Positions 51,046 through 64,000 of a stretch of DNA of 64,000 bases are shown here, piece after piece. A program made the position numbers and the translations under genes. The notes under the pieces were generated by a model. The model was not told the DNA's origin, did not search any database, and saw only the letters and a list, made by a program, of their open reading frames with translations. Positions within the stretch are counted from its first letter, which is position 1; each line of letters starts with the position of its first letter. Origin of the DNA: Mustelus asterias (taxonomy: Eukaryota); the NCBI RefSeq assembly GCF_964213995.1, contig NC_135804.1, forward strand, positions 26,102,001-26,166,000, read 5' to 3'.

Positions 51046-52200
51046 ATCAATGTCACTGAGGATGTCAGCGCAACTTTGGTTCAGGCCATGATTTGGAAAG
51101 GTAGCAAGCTGAATGGACAGATTCAGACTGGGAATTCAGAATGGATGAGGCATGGATCTGGGAGATCGAAGAACTTTAAGGGCACAAAGAAGTTGATAAT
51201 CAGGTGGGGGTTTGCTCTGACAAAGTGATTGAGGGTGGGTTTTTCAAGGAGGCAAGGGATGATAAAACGGAGGGATATGGTGCCTGAGGAGAGGGAGCGA
51301 TTTACAATCTCAGCTAGCATGAAGAAAATAAGTTAGGTGGTGAGCAGGCTAATGGGGCGAAGGGAGTGAGAAGTGACTTGTGAATGAGATGAGATTAGAG
51401 AGGGTATGGGCTGAGATAGGTTCAAGACGAGTTTATTGGAGGGTTGGGTGAGTTAATCTTGGTGAAGCTGCTGACTAGTTGATCTTGGAGGCACCAAAAT
51501 AAATAAGTGTTTGACGTTGGTTTCTGGTTGTAGCTGTGGAAGTGGCTGGGGTGAGGGGTTTTATGGGGTTTTTTTTGGTCCAACCAGTCCATGTCCTCCA
51601 TGTGGACAAATAGCCCTTATCATATTAATTTGCCTCGTTCACATGTCCCTCATTTTAATTGGTGCCATAATTTCTGCATCAACCCCAGACCTTGAAAGTG
51701 AATTCCACAGCTACACTCACATGAACCCAGCATAGGAATGAGCCGCAGAAAGGTCTGATCTCTTCATGTAACATGGAGGCTTGGTCTCCATTATCATCCA
51801 ATTGTATTCTCGGGAATATAATTCAATACCCATCGCTATTGAGGGTGATTTTTAATGACCTGTTTACATTGCGTCTGCCAATTGAACATCATGACGAAGC
51901 ATCTACTTGGTGCCCAGAGCCTGCCTGATGATTTGCTGGTGTCAGTGAGAATCTGGCGGTTATATATGCAAATCAGGATTTGCATATATAATATATATCT
52001 TAATAAAGGCACTTTTGGAAATGAAGTTAAATTACATCGACAGCATTAGTTTTGTTTATTCTCTCAGTTACCACTTCAAAGAATTCATTGCGGTTGGCCA
52101 AGCAAGACTTTCCCTTTTGAAATCTATGGCAATTTTTAAGTCAAAACGTGTGGAGCATGCTCTATTTTTAATAGCGCACTATGATGGTGCAGCTTTCATT

Positions 52201-53926
52201 AAAGAACAAAGAACAATACAGCACAGGAACAGGCCCTTCGGCCCTCCAAGCCCGCGCCGCTCCCCGGTCCAGGATTGAATCCTGAATCCAGGATCCCCGC
52301 CCAATTTTCCAGCCTATCTACATCCTAATATCCTATCCACCGAGCTGTCCCTCACAGCTACGATGCTTTGTTCATCACAACCTATTAACTCACCCCCACC
52401 CCCCCATTCCAGACCATGTGATCTCCAGGGAGAGGCGAAAACCCAGAGTGAAAACTCCAGGGCCAATATGGGGAAAAAAAAAATCTGGGAAATTCCTCTC
52501 CGACCCCCCTGAGGCGATCGAAACGAGTCCAGGAGATCACACTGGCCCCGATCAGAAAATGCTTCCCAACCCTATTCATTTCCACTTCTGCTTTACGAAC
52601 ACCATCTGAATTCCCTGCCCCCGAGACAGGTTCCCAACTATCCGCAGTCTCGCTCTGTACTGGCACCAGCAAGATGATCATAGAATGAAGCCTTGAAACG
52701 AGAAACAAAGAACAATTAGCCCGCACCGCTCCCTGGTCCAAACTAGACCACTCTTTTGTATCCCTCCATTCCCACTCCGTTCATATAGCTGTCGAGATAA
52801 GTCTTAAACGTTCCCAGTGTGTCCGCCTCCACCACCTTGCCCGGCAACACATTCCAGGCCCCCACGACCCTCTGTGTAAAATATGTCCTTCTGATATCTG
52901 TGTTAAACCTCCCCCCCTTCACCTTGAACCTATGACCCCTCGTGAACGTCACCACCGACCCGGGGAAAAGCTTCCCACCGTTCACCCTATCTATGCCTTT
53001 CATAATTTTATACACCTCTATTAAGTCTCCCCTCATCCTCCGTCTTTCCAAGGAGAACAACCCCAGTTTCCCCAATCTCTCCTCATAACCAAGCCCCTCC
53101 ATACCAGGCAACATCCTGGTAAACCTCCTCTGTACTCTCTCCAAAGCCTCCACGTCCTTCTGGTAGTGTGGCGACCAGAACTGGACGCAGTATTCCAAAT
53201 GCGGCCGAACCAACGTTCTATACATCTGCAACATCAGACCCCAACTTTTATACTCTATGCCCCGTCCTATAAAGGCAAGCATGCCATATGCCTTCTTCAC
53301 CACCTTCTCCACCTGTGACGCCACCTTCAAAGATCTGTGGACTTGCACACCCAGGTCCCTCTGCGTCTCTACACCCTTTATGGTTCTTCCATTTATCGTG
53401 TAGCTCCTCCCTACATTATTCCCACCAAAATGCATCACTTCGCATTTATCAGGATTGAACTCCATCTGCCATTTCTTTGCCCAAATTTCCAGCCTATCTA
53501 TATCCTTCTGTAGCCTCTGACAATGTTCCTCACTATCTGCAAGTCTTGCCAGTTTTGTGTCGTCCACAAACTTACTGATCACCCCAGTTACTCCTTCTTC
53601 CAGATCATTTATATAAATCACAAACAGCAGAGGTCCCAATACAGAGCCCTGCGGAACACCACTAGTCACAGGCCTCCAGCCGGAAAAAGACCCTTCCACT
53701 ACCACCCTCTGTCTTCTATGACCAAGCCAGTTCTCCACCCATCTAGCCACCTCCCCCTTTATCCCATGGGATCCAGCCTTTTTCACTAGCCTACCATGAG
53801 GGACTTTGTCAAACGCTTTACTAAAGTCCATATAGACAACGTCCACGGCCCTTCCTTCGTCAACCATTCTGGTCACTTCTTCAAAAAACACCACCAGTTT
53901 AGTGAGGCATGACCTCCCTCTCACAA
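52201..53926 (-). mobile_element. Young 5'-truncated CR1 with a long 3' UTR
   Basis: Open ~390-aa RT ([19 protein letters not shown]) closely related to the 28314 copy. Confidence 0.93.
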
Positions 53927-54429
53927 AAAAGGTAACAAGGCAGAACAAGGCAGCTAGAGTGGAATTTGAAAAGAAAGGGAGAAAATTCAATTATCAGAGT
54001 CCACGTCAGAACAAACAATTTTGGTAGGAACAGGGAGGATGTCTGGCTGAGACTGTATCAGGAGATAGGAACCGAATTTAACAAAAGGCAGGGCCTCCAG
54101 GGAAATAACCCCAGTACTACTGCCAAAGCAAGTGCAGATTGTAATGGAAACTATAGGTCAAGTAAATTAACATGTGGCGAAAGGATTGGTGTGAGAAAGA
54201 GGAGTTTCTTTTCATGGGATAATGACATTAGGAAGAAACTGTACTAGTGTGTTGGCCTTCACCCGGAACAGAATGAGATCAATGTCCGAGCAGGAAGGAT
54301 AAATAGGGAGGTGGCAAAAGCTTTAAACTGGCACAATGTCCAGGTAAAAAGAGACTTGTCAGCTTCACATCAGTGGTGGGAAAAATAGCAGATTAAAGGA
54401 GAATTTTTTAAAAAAATCTAGAAACCAAA

Positions 54430-54905
54430 AATATAGAAACATAGAAAACTACAGCACAAAAAAGGCCCTTCGGCCCCACAAGTTGTGCCGAACATATCCC
54501 CACCTTTTAGGCCTACCTATAACCCTCCATCCTATTAAGTCCCATGTACTCATCCAGGAGTCTCTTAAAAGACCCTATTGAGTTTGCCTCCACCACCACT
54601 GACGGCAGCCGATTCCACTCGCCCACCACCCTCTGTGTGAAAAACTTCCCCCGAACATTTCCCCTGTACCTACCCCCCAGCACCCTAAACCTGTGTCCTC
54701 TCGTAGCAGCCATTTCCACCCTGGGAAAAAGTCTCTGTGAGTCCACCCGATCTATGCACCTCAGCATCTTATATACCTCTATTAGGTCTCCTTTCATCCT
54801 TCGTCTCTCCAAGGAGAAAAGACCGAGCTCCCTCAGCCTATCCTCATAAGGCATGCCACTCAATCCAGGCAACATCCTTGTAAATCTCCTCTGCACCCTT
54901 TCAAT
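54430..54905 (-). mobile_element. CR1 3' fragment
   Basis: ERVQRRFTRMLPG...WNRLP. Confidence 0.9.
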
Positions 54906-55246
54906 ATAATGAATGGTTAGCATGGATTTCAAAAGGGAAGGTCTTGCTTGACCAACCGCAATGAATTCTTTGAAGTGGTAACAGAGAGAATAAACAAAAG
55001 TAATGCAGTCGATGAAATTTAATCTTATTTCCAAAAGTGCCTTTTTTAAGATGCCTCTTGAATAATGCTGAGCATGCAGAATCAGGGGATACGCAGCAGA
55101 GTGGATGCTGCCGGATAGAAAACAGAGCATAAGGGGAAAGGGTTATTATTCAAAATGGTGGAAAGTGAGGTCCCACAAGGACTGCTGGGAATATAATTGT
55201 TCACAGTTTATATCAATGATTTGCACTTTAGAATCAGAAATAAAAG

Positions 55247-56315
55247 GTGGAATGTTCCCAAAAAAATTCTAAGTGTCAAATTTGCGTGAAAACTGGAGTA
55301 ATTCATGTTGTTTTTTCCAGTGGGAGTTCAGAGAAGAATCTCCCGCTCTCTGCACTGCGGAGGCCACCAGCGTGAATATCATTAAATTTCAGGAGCAGGG
55401 CCTATTCCCACTGGAGAGGCTGAATCAACATGCTGAGCGGGCCACTGTGCATACTCTGTCAGTGCCGAGATTGGCCCATTCGCAGTGGCCCTGCATTGCC
55501 AGCCTCCCGATCGCTGCCCAGCCCTGCAGCCCACAACGCCAGCTCTCCACCCTCCATGGCCCAATCGCTGGCCTCCCCAACCATTCCCGGGCCCAGCCCC
55601 GACCCTCTCCCCCCCCCCCCCCCCCACTCCCGGCTCACCGCAGTCTCCACGGCCCCTACGGATTTCCCCCGCAGTCCTGATCCCCCCCCACAGCAGGCTG
55701 ACCCCCCCTCTCCCAGCCCGCCCCAATCACTGGCCTCCCTCCTTCCCCCACCGATCCCAATTGCAGAATGGCAGCGAGACCCCCCTCACACCAGCCGATT
55801 GCTCCTTAGGCTCTGCCCCCTTAGCCACGCCCCCATATGCCACACCCCTTGGCACTGCCTCATGCCCGATGGGCAGTGTCAGGGAGCTCCTGGACATTGG
55901 CACTTTGCCCCTTGGGCAATGCCAGAGGGCACAGGCTGGCACTGCCAGGGTGCCAATGCCCAGGGAACACCTCCCCTGCCACCTGACCCTCCAGCGGAGT
56001 CGGGCCGCTAGTTCCCCATTAATGGGGAGCTACTCTAAACCGCGCTGGAGTGAACCACTCTGGCAGGGGTGAGGGGGATGCTAGTGGACCCGGAGACTTC
56101 AGTCCCGGGCCTGCTAATCTTATCTAAATTATATTCAAATGACCATTTAAATGGTGCGCCTCCCCATCGATTTCCAGCGTGGAGCAGATGCCACCGGAAT
56201 TCAGGTGCTGGGAGAAGCTAAAGGGTGCGAACGCGTGCATGAACCTCGCGAATCGCCTGCCGCAGGATTCTCCCAGCCCGCTGTGCTAAACAATTAGGGA
56301 TGGGAGAATTGCCCC
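55247..56315. mobile_element. Non-autonomous DNA transposon (Harbinger/MITE-like) inserted in an old CR1
   Basis: Imperfect TIRs ggtggaatgttccc / gggagaattgcccc; CR1 sequence runs across the junction (cagaaataaaa|aaaatgtccagatttgtgaatgacacc). Confidence 0.55.
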
Positions 56316-59284
56316 AAAATGTCCAGATTTGTGAATGACACCAAATTGGGGTGTTGTCAATACTGGAGAGGAGTGCAAAAAAAGACGCAGCTTGTAGAAT
56401 TTCAACACCAATAAATTCAAGGTATGAAAAATAAGGAGACCACTTAATCAATAAACTAATCAATAAACTAAACTTAACACTTATTTGGAAAACAAGGATC
56501 CAAATGGAGTACAAATAGACCAAATGGAGGTCTTTAAAATTCTGAAAGGTTTTGATAGCCAAAGTTTTTCAGTTGTAGAGAAGAGCAAAAGCAGAAGCCA
56601 TTAACATTTGATAATTGAAGAATCCTATTACTGCGACTGTAAAGGATCGTGCTCCAGACACAATGAAGCCATACTCATAGTCTTGTATTAATTAATTATG
56701 TAACTATGTGCATATTTACAGTAGAGGGTGCAGGAATGGAACGGACTCCACACTCAGTCGAGAATAATGATATAATGGTGAATCAGCAGATGAATTTGAG
56801 AGAGCAAGTGTTAACATTTTTGGCAGGGCCCATGGGAGCCCTTCTGGGCTCTGCTTGAGTAATGTGTGTTCCTGCAGCTTTGGGCTGCTTCTCCTTCCTG
56901 AACATACCTTCCTGCTGGCAAAGTCTGTCTGGGCCATTTGATATCGCACCAGCCCAGAGCCTTGGCACCAACACCTTGCTTGTGGCATGGTAACAAGGCC
57001 ATGCCTTTGTAATGGAGCGGGCAGGATCGGGCAGCTGGTTGGCATGTATCGTCAGAAGGCTGATTGGGGGTTGTAAAAATCAACTTGCTCAGGGGATAAG
57101 AATTCTACAGTTGATCTTGGTGCTCAGACAAGGAAAGAAAAAGCGGGTTGTTATCATTATCTTTGTTTACTGTTCAGGCTTGGATGTATGTGTTGAGGTG
57201 AGGATAATGTTGGACTTGGCTATGGCAAGTCCCAGTAACCAAATAACCTGCTAACACTCACAGTATAGGCTCACACCTGCAGAACTATCAACTGAGTACA
57301 GGAGGAATTGTACCCAACCATACGTCAACACTTTCAGGAAATGTGAATCCCATTTGCGACTGTTTTAATTGGTATTGTTCACATTACTCTCCCTGAATGT
57401 TTGAATTATTTCTAAACCAATAGAATGAGCAAGATTTGATTTAATTTATCATTCCCACGTGTTAGAAGACAGTAAAAAGTATTGTTCCTTGCGCGCTATA
57501 CAAACAAAGCATACCGTATATAGAGAAGGAAAGGAGAGGACAGAATGTAGTGTTACAGTCATAGCTCGGGTGTAGAGAAAGAGTTCCAGACCACAACCTA
57601 ACTGCTTCTGCTGATTTTTAAAAATAATGTAAAAGCATATTAATGAAGAAAAAATATCAAATTTTAATACTTAAATTTTATTGAGGAATCACTGAGATTT
57701 TCTACCAGTCATTTATGATTGAGTATATGTTATTAACATTGTGTTCATTACAAATTAGTCAAAGTTGCTCAGTAATTAATTCCTTAAAATTGATGTTTTA
57801 GTGATTCAATATTGAAATGAATAACTTAATTCATCACGACAGGAGTTAGCAAAGTTTCTATATTCTGAGGCCTGGGTTCTTTGTACCTCTGTAAATACTG
57901 CTTTAGGAAGTCTCTGATGGCATCCCTGTGAATTTCTCCACCCGTTTCCTTCTTTCGTGAGCAGGATCTGGCCAAAGTGCAGTATTTCCTCATGTTGGAG
58001 TGGTTAATATTTTCAACTCAGCATTGTATGGGGCTATGAGAAGTCAATTACTCTTTAACACTCACAGGGCTGTAACCTGCGAGCTCTGAGGCATTGTCTC
58101 TGTGGGGGGTACCCTGAAAATCCACTGGGGAATCTCCCTCCCCAGAGGTTCCCAGATAAGGATTGCCCAGGTAGTTTAAACTTCCCCTGAGCATTAATTA
58201 CCCTGCACTGGGAACCCATTTAAAATTTTGATTTCAGTCACAAACTTCCATCGGTGCCAACTGTCTTACAGCAATAGTCACCCAGACAAAGTTAGAATTT
58301 AAATCACTTCTTGCTTCTGTGTAACTATTGTGCTGACCCACACCAACCAACCCCCCCCCCCCCCCCCCAACCCGCAAGTGGGATATTCTACATTCCCAAA
58401 CCCGCATGGCATTCCCCACCCCCCCCCACCATGGGAAACCCTGTGCACTACCCCCTCTGCAATGGGTCTTCCCCCAAACTCAGCCTTCTCCCCCAAGCTT
58501 AATCTGACCCAATCACCCCCTTCCCCAAGGCCCGGCACCCAGTCCAACACTTTCCTAGACCCCTAAGGCTCAATCCTACCAGACCCTACCCCACTTCAGG
58601 GCCTGACCAACAAGGCCCAGCGTAACATGACCCTACAAACCCCACCCCCCCCCCCACCCCGCCACCCCTCCTCGGCTGGATTTTCAGTAAGAATTTCCGA
58701 TCGGTGTTATGGCGCATGGTATCTCATTGCTGTGTCATTGCTCCAGTTTGCTGTTGGTGGGATATGTTTTGTGGGGAGAACAGTGTTCTTATTACCATGC
58801 CACCCTGAGTAATTTGTTTTGGTCTCAAATCAATCAACATGTTCACTAGCATCAGTAAAATGATAATATTCATTATCTGAGTAAGAACAACATTATTGCT
58901 CTGGTGTGAGGGTTAAGTGAATACTGTGCTTTTTAAATAATTCATTTACATACCAGTGATAATTGACAGAGGATTTTTTGCGTGTTGTTAATTGTTTGAA
59001 ATACAATGGCCTTTTGGCCATTGGCTACAGAAGTCCATCATTTCTTATACAAAATTTTAGTTGTAAAATGCACCTCAACAAAAAAGCAACAGAATGAAAA
59101 TGGGAAGGGTGAATGACTCAACTTAAGTTGCTGGTGCCCCTCATGACCCTGAGGAAGTCCCAGTGATTGCAAATCCGCAGTATTCACACAGGAAATTTAA
59201 ACTGGTTTCACTTTGCCTGCATTGCTGTGCGATTCCTAATGGCAGTACGATCCGTTGAGCAGAAGCACACAGACTTGGATTGTA

Positions 59285-60495
59285 TTCAACAGGCGGCTAA
59301 ATATAGCACTTGGGGCGAATGGGATCAAAGGTTATGGGGAGAAAGCAGGATTAGAAACATAGAAGCATAAAAGATAGGCCCTTCGAGCTTGCTCCGCCAT
59401 TCATTACGCTCATGGCTGGTTCTCCAACTCAGTAGCCTAATCCTGCTTTTTCTCCATAACCTTTGATCTCATTCACCCCAAGTGCTATATCCGGCCGTCT
59501 CTTGAATGCATTCAATGTTTTGGCATCAACTACTTCCTGTGGTAATGAATTCCACAGGCTCACCACTCTTTGGGTGAAGAACTGTCTCCTCACCTCCGTC
59601 CTAAATGGTATTTAAGAGGCGGCTGGATATTGCACTTGAGGTGAATCCTCAGACCCCTGGTTCTGGACTCCTAACCTGGTCAATCTCTCCTCGTACATCA
59701 GTCCCACATCCCCGGAATCAGCCTGGTAAACCTTTGCTGAACTGCCTCGAGAAAAGGAGACCAAAGCTGCACACAATACTCTAGGTGTGGCCTCACCAAG
59801 GCCCTATATAATTACAACACATCCCGGCTCCTGTACTCGAAACCTCTCGCAATGAAGGCCAACATGCCATTTGCCTTCTTTACCGCCTGCTGCACCTGCA
59901 TGCTTACCTTCAGTGACTGGTGCACAAGGACACCCAGGTCTCGCTGCACTCTCCCCTTGACCAATTTACAGCCATTCAGGTAGTAATCTGCCTTCTTTTC
60001 TTCCAAAGTGAATAACCTCACACTTATCCAAATTATACTGCATCTGCCATTGATTAGCCCACTCACCCAACCTGACCAGATCATTCTGAAGGATCTCTGC
60101 ATCCTCGTCACTGTTCACCCTCCCACCCAACTTGGTATCATCTGCAAACTTTGAGATATTACATTTTATTCCAAATCATTAATGTATATTGTGAATAGCT
60201 GGGGTCCCAGCACCGATCCCTGTGGGACCCCACTAGTTACTGCCTGCCAATTTGAAAAGCACCCATTAATTCCTACTCTTTGTTTCCTCTCTGCCAAGCA
60301 GTTTTCTATCCATCTCAATACACTTTCCCCAATCCCATGCGCTTTAGTCTTGCACGATAATCTATCGTGCGGGACTTTGTCAAACACATTAGGCTATTGA
60401 GTTGGATGATCAGCCATGATCGTAATGAATGGCGGAGCAGGCTCGAAGGGCCAAATGGCCTCCTCCTGCTCCTATCTTCTATGTTTCTATGTTTA
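59285..60495. mobile_element. Nested CR1 fragments in opposite orientations
   Basis: + strand 3' end split at ATTAG by a - strand RT-to-tail fragment (59355-60387). Confidence 0.8.
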
Positions 60496-61121
60496 CATTT
60501 ACAGAGATTTAATTAAAGCTTTTCACAAGGTGTAAAGTCTATGGAGTGGCACTAATTACAATGTTCACCCGCATCCCAACACTCCTCAACATGACCTGGC
60601 AGTATTTACCCCTGTCCCGGCAATTTTAGCCCCACCATGGCTCATCCTTTTTCTCTCCACCCCCAGCAATGTTCACCCCGCCCCTCCCATCCCAGCAACC
60701 TTAACTCCTTCCCTCCATCATGGCAATGTGAATACAGCCACACCCCCGCCTCCAATCCCAGCAATAATCAATCAATGCCACCTCCGCCCCCCTCCCCAAC
60801 CCCCAACCCCCCATCCTGGTAATGATCACCCCCCCACCCCCCCCCCCCCCCCCCCCCCCCAACCCAGCAACATGTCCTGATGATGTTCACTCTCCTCCGA
60901 CATCCTGGCTCCTTGCACGTTCACCTCTGCCCCCCACTTCCTGGCTCACTCTCACCCCCCGACCTTCTTGATAGTGAACCCACCCCCCCACTTCCTGAAT
61001 AACCTTGCAGAAGTTCGAAAGAGTCAGCATTGTCTGGGAGTGCAGGGTGAGCAATGGAGAGAGAGAGTGAGGGAAGATGAGCACTAAACAGGGTGAGGGA
61101 AGGCGAGCACTTCCAAGGATG

Positions 61122-61420
61122 AGCACTGTGGAGGGTGACGGGGGGGGGGGGGGGGGGTTCGGGGTGAGCACTGTGGGGGGGGTGAAGGGGTGGCGGGGTG
61201 AGCACTGTGGAGGGTGTGAGGGGTCGGGGTGAGCACTGTGGAGGGTGAGGGGGGGGAGGTGAGCACTGCACTGTGGAGGCTGAATGGGGGGGGCTGTGAG
61301 CTCTGTGGAGGGTGGGGGGGGGGGAGGTGAGCACTGCACTGTGGAGGGTGAGTGGGGGGGGCTGTGAGCTCTGTGGAGGGTGAGGGGGGGGAGGTGAGCA
61401 CTGCACTGTGGAGGGTGAGT
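61122..61420. repeat. G-rich minisatellite
   Basis: Repeated gtgagcactg(cactg)tggagggtg with G-runs. Confidence 0.85.
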
Positions 61421-61708
61421 GGTGGTAAGAACCAACACTTGAAGGTGCCAAAGCTCCAGTGTAAAAAGGTAAATGGGTAGGCCAATCACAGTTAGTGGCA
61501 GACCCGCTCTCCCCATCACCGGACAGAAGACATGGTTGCGTAAGCATGCAGGTGCAGCAGGCGGTAAAGAAGGCAAATGGCATGTTGGCCTTCATTGCGA
61601 GAGGTTTTGAATACAGGAGCAGGGATGCGTTGTTGCAATTATACAGGGCCTTGGTGAGGCCACACCTAGAGTATTGTGTGCAAAAGCTGGCAATCTGAAA
61701 GGAAAACT

Positions 61709-62023
61709 GGGCAACACGGTGCTTAGAACTACTGCCTCACAGTGCCTGCAATCCGGGTTTGATTGCGGCCTCGGGTCACTGTCTGTGCAGAGTCTGCACG
61801 TTCTCCCCGTGTCTGCGTGGGTTTCCTCTGCATGCTCCTGTCTCCTCCCACACTCCAATGATGTGCCGGTTAGGTGGATTGGCCATTCTAAATGCACGGG
61901 GTTATAAGGGATAGGGCCAAGGGCTGGGTGGTGGACCTGGGTAAGATGATCTTCAGAGAGTTGGTACAGACTCGCTGGGCCAAATGGCCTCCTTCTGCAC
62001 TGTCGGGATTCTATGGCTCTATG
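61709..62023 (+). mobile_element. HE1/V-type SINE (older)
   Basis: Same consensus, diverged. Confidence 0.82.
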
Positions 62024-62271
62024 ATAAAACCAAAGTTCTGCAACGATACACCAGAGTAGTCTTCATCTACGCCCATGTTTTTGGTGTATGATCCTTCAGA
62101 ATTAAAAGCTGAAAAATAATTAAGCCCCTCTGTCTGTCACTCTGAAGGAAAGTGATAGCGACATGGACCAACAGATAGTCCAATCATTTATAAATCACAT
62201 TTGAATTGTTTAAAAAGAAAGCAGGAATCATTGAATGTGTGAAAGATTATTGTGCGGAGGGTGAAGTGTAC

Positions 62272-62502
62272 TGATGCCCGCTCACACACTGTCAGGAACA
62301 CACATGGTATTTATTTACAAGGAAAACCGTACAGAGACTGGCAGACCCCGGTTCACTGGCTGCTCCAGGCTCTACATGTCTTCAGCCTGCCCAAGAGAGG
62401 ACTCCACCCCCTGGGGTGATTACCCACTCTCAATCCCAATTGGTCCCTCCAGCCAGATGGCCCTCTTCTGCTGCGTTGCCCTGAAAAGGGACAATCACCA
62501 CA
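62272..62502 (-). mobile_element. Probable old solo LTR
   Basis: On the - strand TGTGGTG...AATAAA...GCATCA, ~230 bp; no clean TSD. Confidence 0.45.
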
Positions 62503-63596
62503 CAATGAAAAGACACAAAGAGAGCGTGTGAGTCATTCGGATGGTGAAAGAGTGGAGAAAAGGCAGCAGACCCGCCCTCACCAGCCAGCTCTGCATTTTG
62601 TGCTTTGGGACAATTTTACAGGAAAAAAGGCAACAGAAAATGCCTGCGCCACTCAGCAGGCCAGGCAGCATTTGTGAAGAGAGGAAGGTCAGGTTTCTGC
62701 TCCATGACTTTGACCTGTCATCTATGAAAGGTCACTGAGCTGTATTGTTAACCTGCCAAGTGTTATCAGAATGTGAAAATGACACTCCGAGATAGGGAAG
62801 AATAGAGAGGGTATTCAAGTACTCCTGTATTTTATACAAGGCAAGTTATGAAGCTGCAGGAAATAATTCAACCTAAATTTAATGCGGATGACATTTGCAA
62901 TGTGATGGATTGGGATAATGAATAACAAGTGAAGCTAATTATGAATATCTGTTCGAGATTACCAAATCGGAATGACACTAGAGCTTCTGAACTGTGCAGA
63001 ATACGTGTTTGTGTAATAAGCCTTCGGAGGCAGAAGTCCTTCACTAAAATTATTTACATTTCCAATAGCAGTACACAGAGTGCTATCAGTCAGCAGTCTA
63101 CCTTCGGGAGTGCCAGAGGAACTGACATGCCCGGTTCAATGCAAGGAAAACACTCCCTGATTGGCCCATCAATTGACTCCTTAAATCGGGGAGTTCATAT
63201 TCCAATAGGCCAACCTCAGTGGCCTGATTGAAGTCATTCCAGTTTGAATGTGAGATTTTAACTTGCTGAGAATTATTTGGGAGGACTGTACTTGGAGCAC
63301 AAGCAGAGACTGGAGGAAACATTTCGACAGTCCCATTGGGGAACTACTACCTGACATTCGGCCTCCTCATAACTGTTTCCCAGTCCCTTGGACAGCCCAG
63401 TGCTACAATGGGGATGGGGAATCGCAGTGGATGGGGAAACAAAAGAGGTACTTACCTGGCAGGCTACACGGAATCCTGGTCGCACTAGAGGGTGATCAAC
63501 AAGCCAGTCAGACTGAAGATGCATGAGGCACATTAATTTTTCAAAGCTTTGCTGCCATTATAATGTGCCACATAATCCAACAGCAGCTGATTCCTG

Positions 63597-63875
63597 TGAG
63601 GCCCAGTGGTTAGCACTACTGCCTCACGGTGCCAGGGACCCGGGTTCAATCCCCGGCTTGGATCACCATCTGAGTGGAGTCTGTATGTTCTCCCCTGGTC
63701 TGTGTAGGTTTCCTCCGGATGCTCCGGTTTCCTCCCACAGTCTGAAAGATGTGAGGTTAAGGTGCATTGGCCCATGTTAAATTCTCCCTCAGTGTACCCG
63801 AACAGGCGCCGGAGTGTGGCAACTAGGGGATTTTCACAGTAACTTCATTGCAGTGTTAATATAAGCCTACTTGTT
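63597..63875 (+). mobile_element. SINE variant (alternative tail)
   Basis: Head/core plus ttttcacagtaacttcattgcagtgttaat tail. Confidence 0.82.
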
Positions 63876-64000
63876 GCTGTGGAGAAAGGCAGAGCTGTGA
63901 CTGGTGACAGGATTTTTGGGGTAAGAATTAGTTTTAAGTACTTTTCCGCGGGTGTTATTTATTTATTTAATTTAGTTTTAAATTTTGGCGCGCAACCGGC

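Noticed and set aside
55273-56072. Pro/Gly-rich ORFs here and at 15798-16244, 24436-24935, 60887-61595
   Set aside because: Artefacts of stop-poor G/C-rich repeats.
56638-57256. Possible TG...CA solo LTR
   Set aside because: No target-site duplication or second copy to confirm the boundaries.
63910-64000. Possible next PIEZO1 exon (cag|GATTTTTGGG, R-IFG)
   Set aside because: No pyrimidine tract, and the downstream translation lacks the expected NCS...WP motifs.

Overview
Eukaryotic, repeat-dense genomic DNA, most likely from a cartilaginous fish (shark-type SINE/CR1 repertoire). The window holds five + strand coding exons of the mechanosensitive channel gene PIEZO1 (equivalent to human exons 3-7) spread over ~50 kb of very large introns. 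The introns contain ~20 tRNA-derived HE1/V-type SINEs, other SINEs, many CR1/L2 LINE fragments, Penelope-like remnants with hammerhead ribozyme motifs, MITEs, G/C-rich minisatellites, a 28S rRNA fragment and solo LTRs. They also contain one young, near-intact 4.5 kb Ty3/Gypsy retrotransposon (16533-21068, - strand). This element is the most unusual feature: it has no tRNA primer-binding site but a 15-nt perfect complement of its own LTR poly(A)-signal region, a YLDN rather than YxDD RT motif, a hairpin-paired PPT and a C15 tract breaking the polyprotein. All family assignments come from recognising the sequence; no searches were run.
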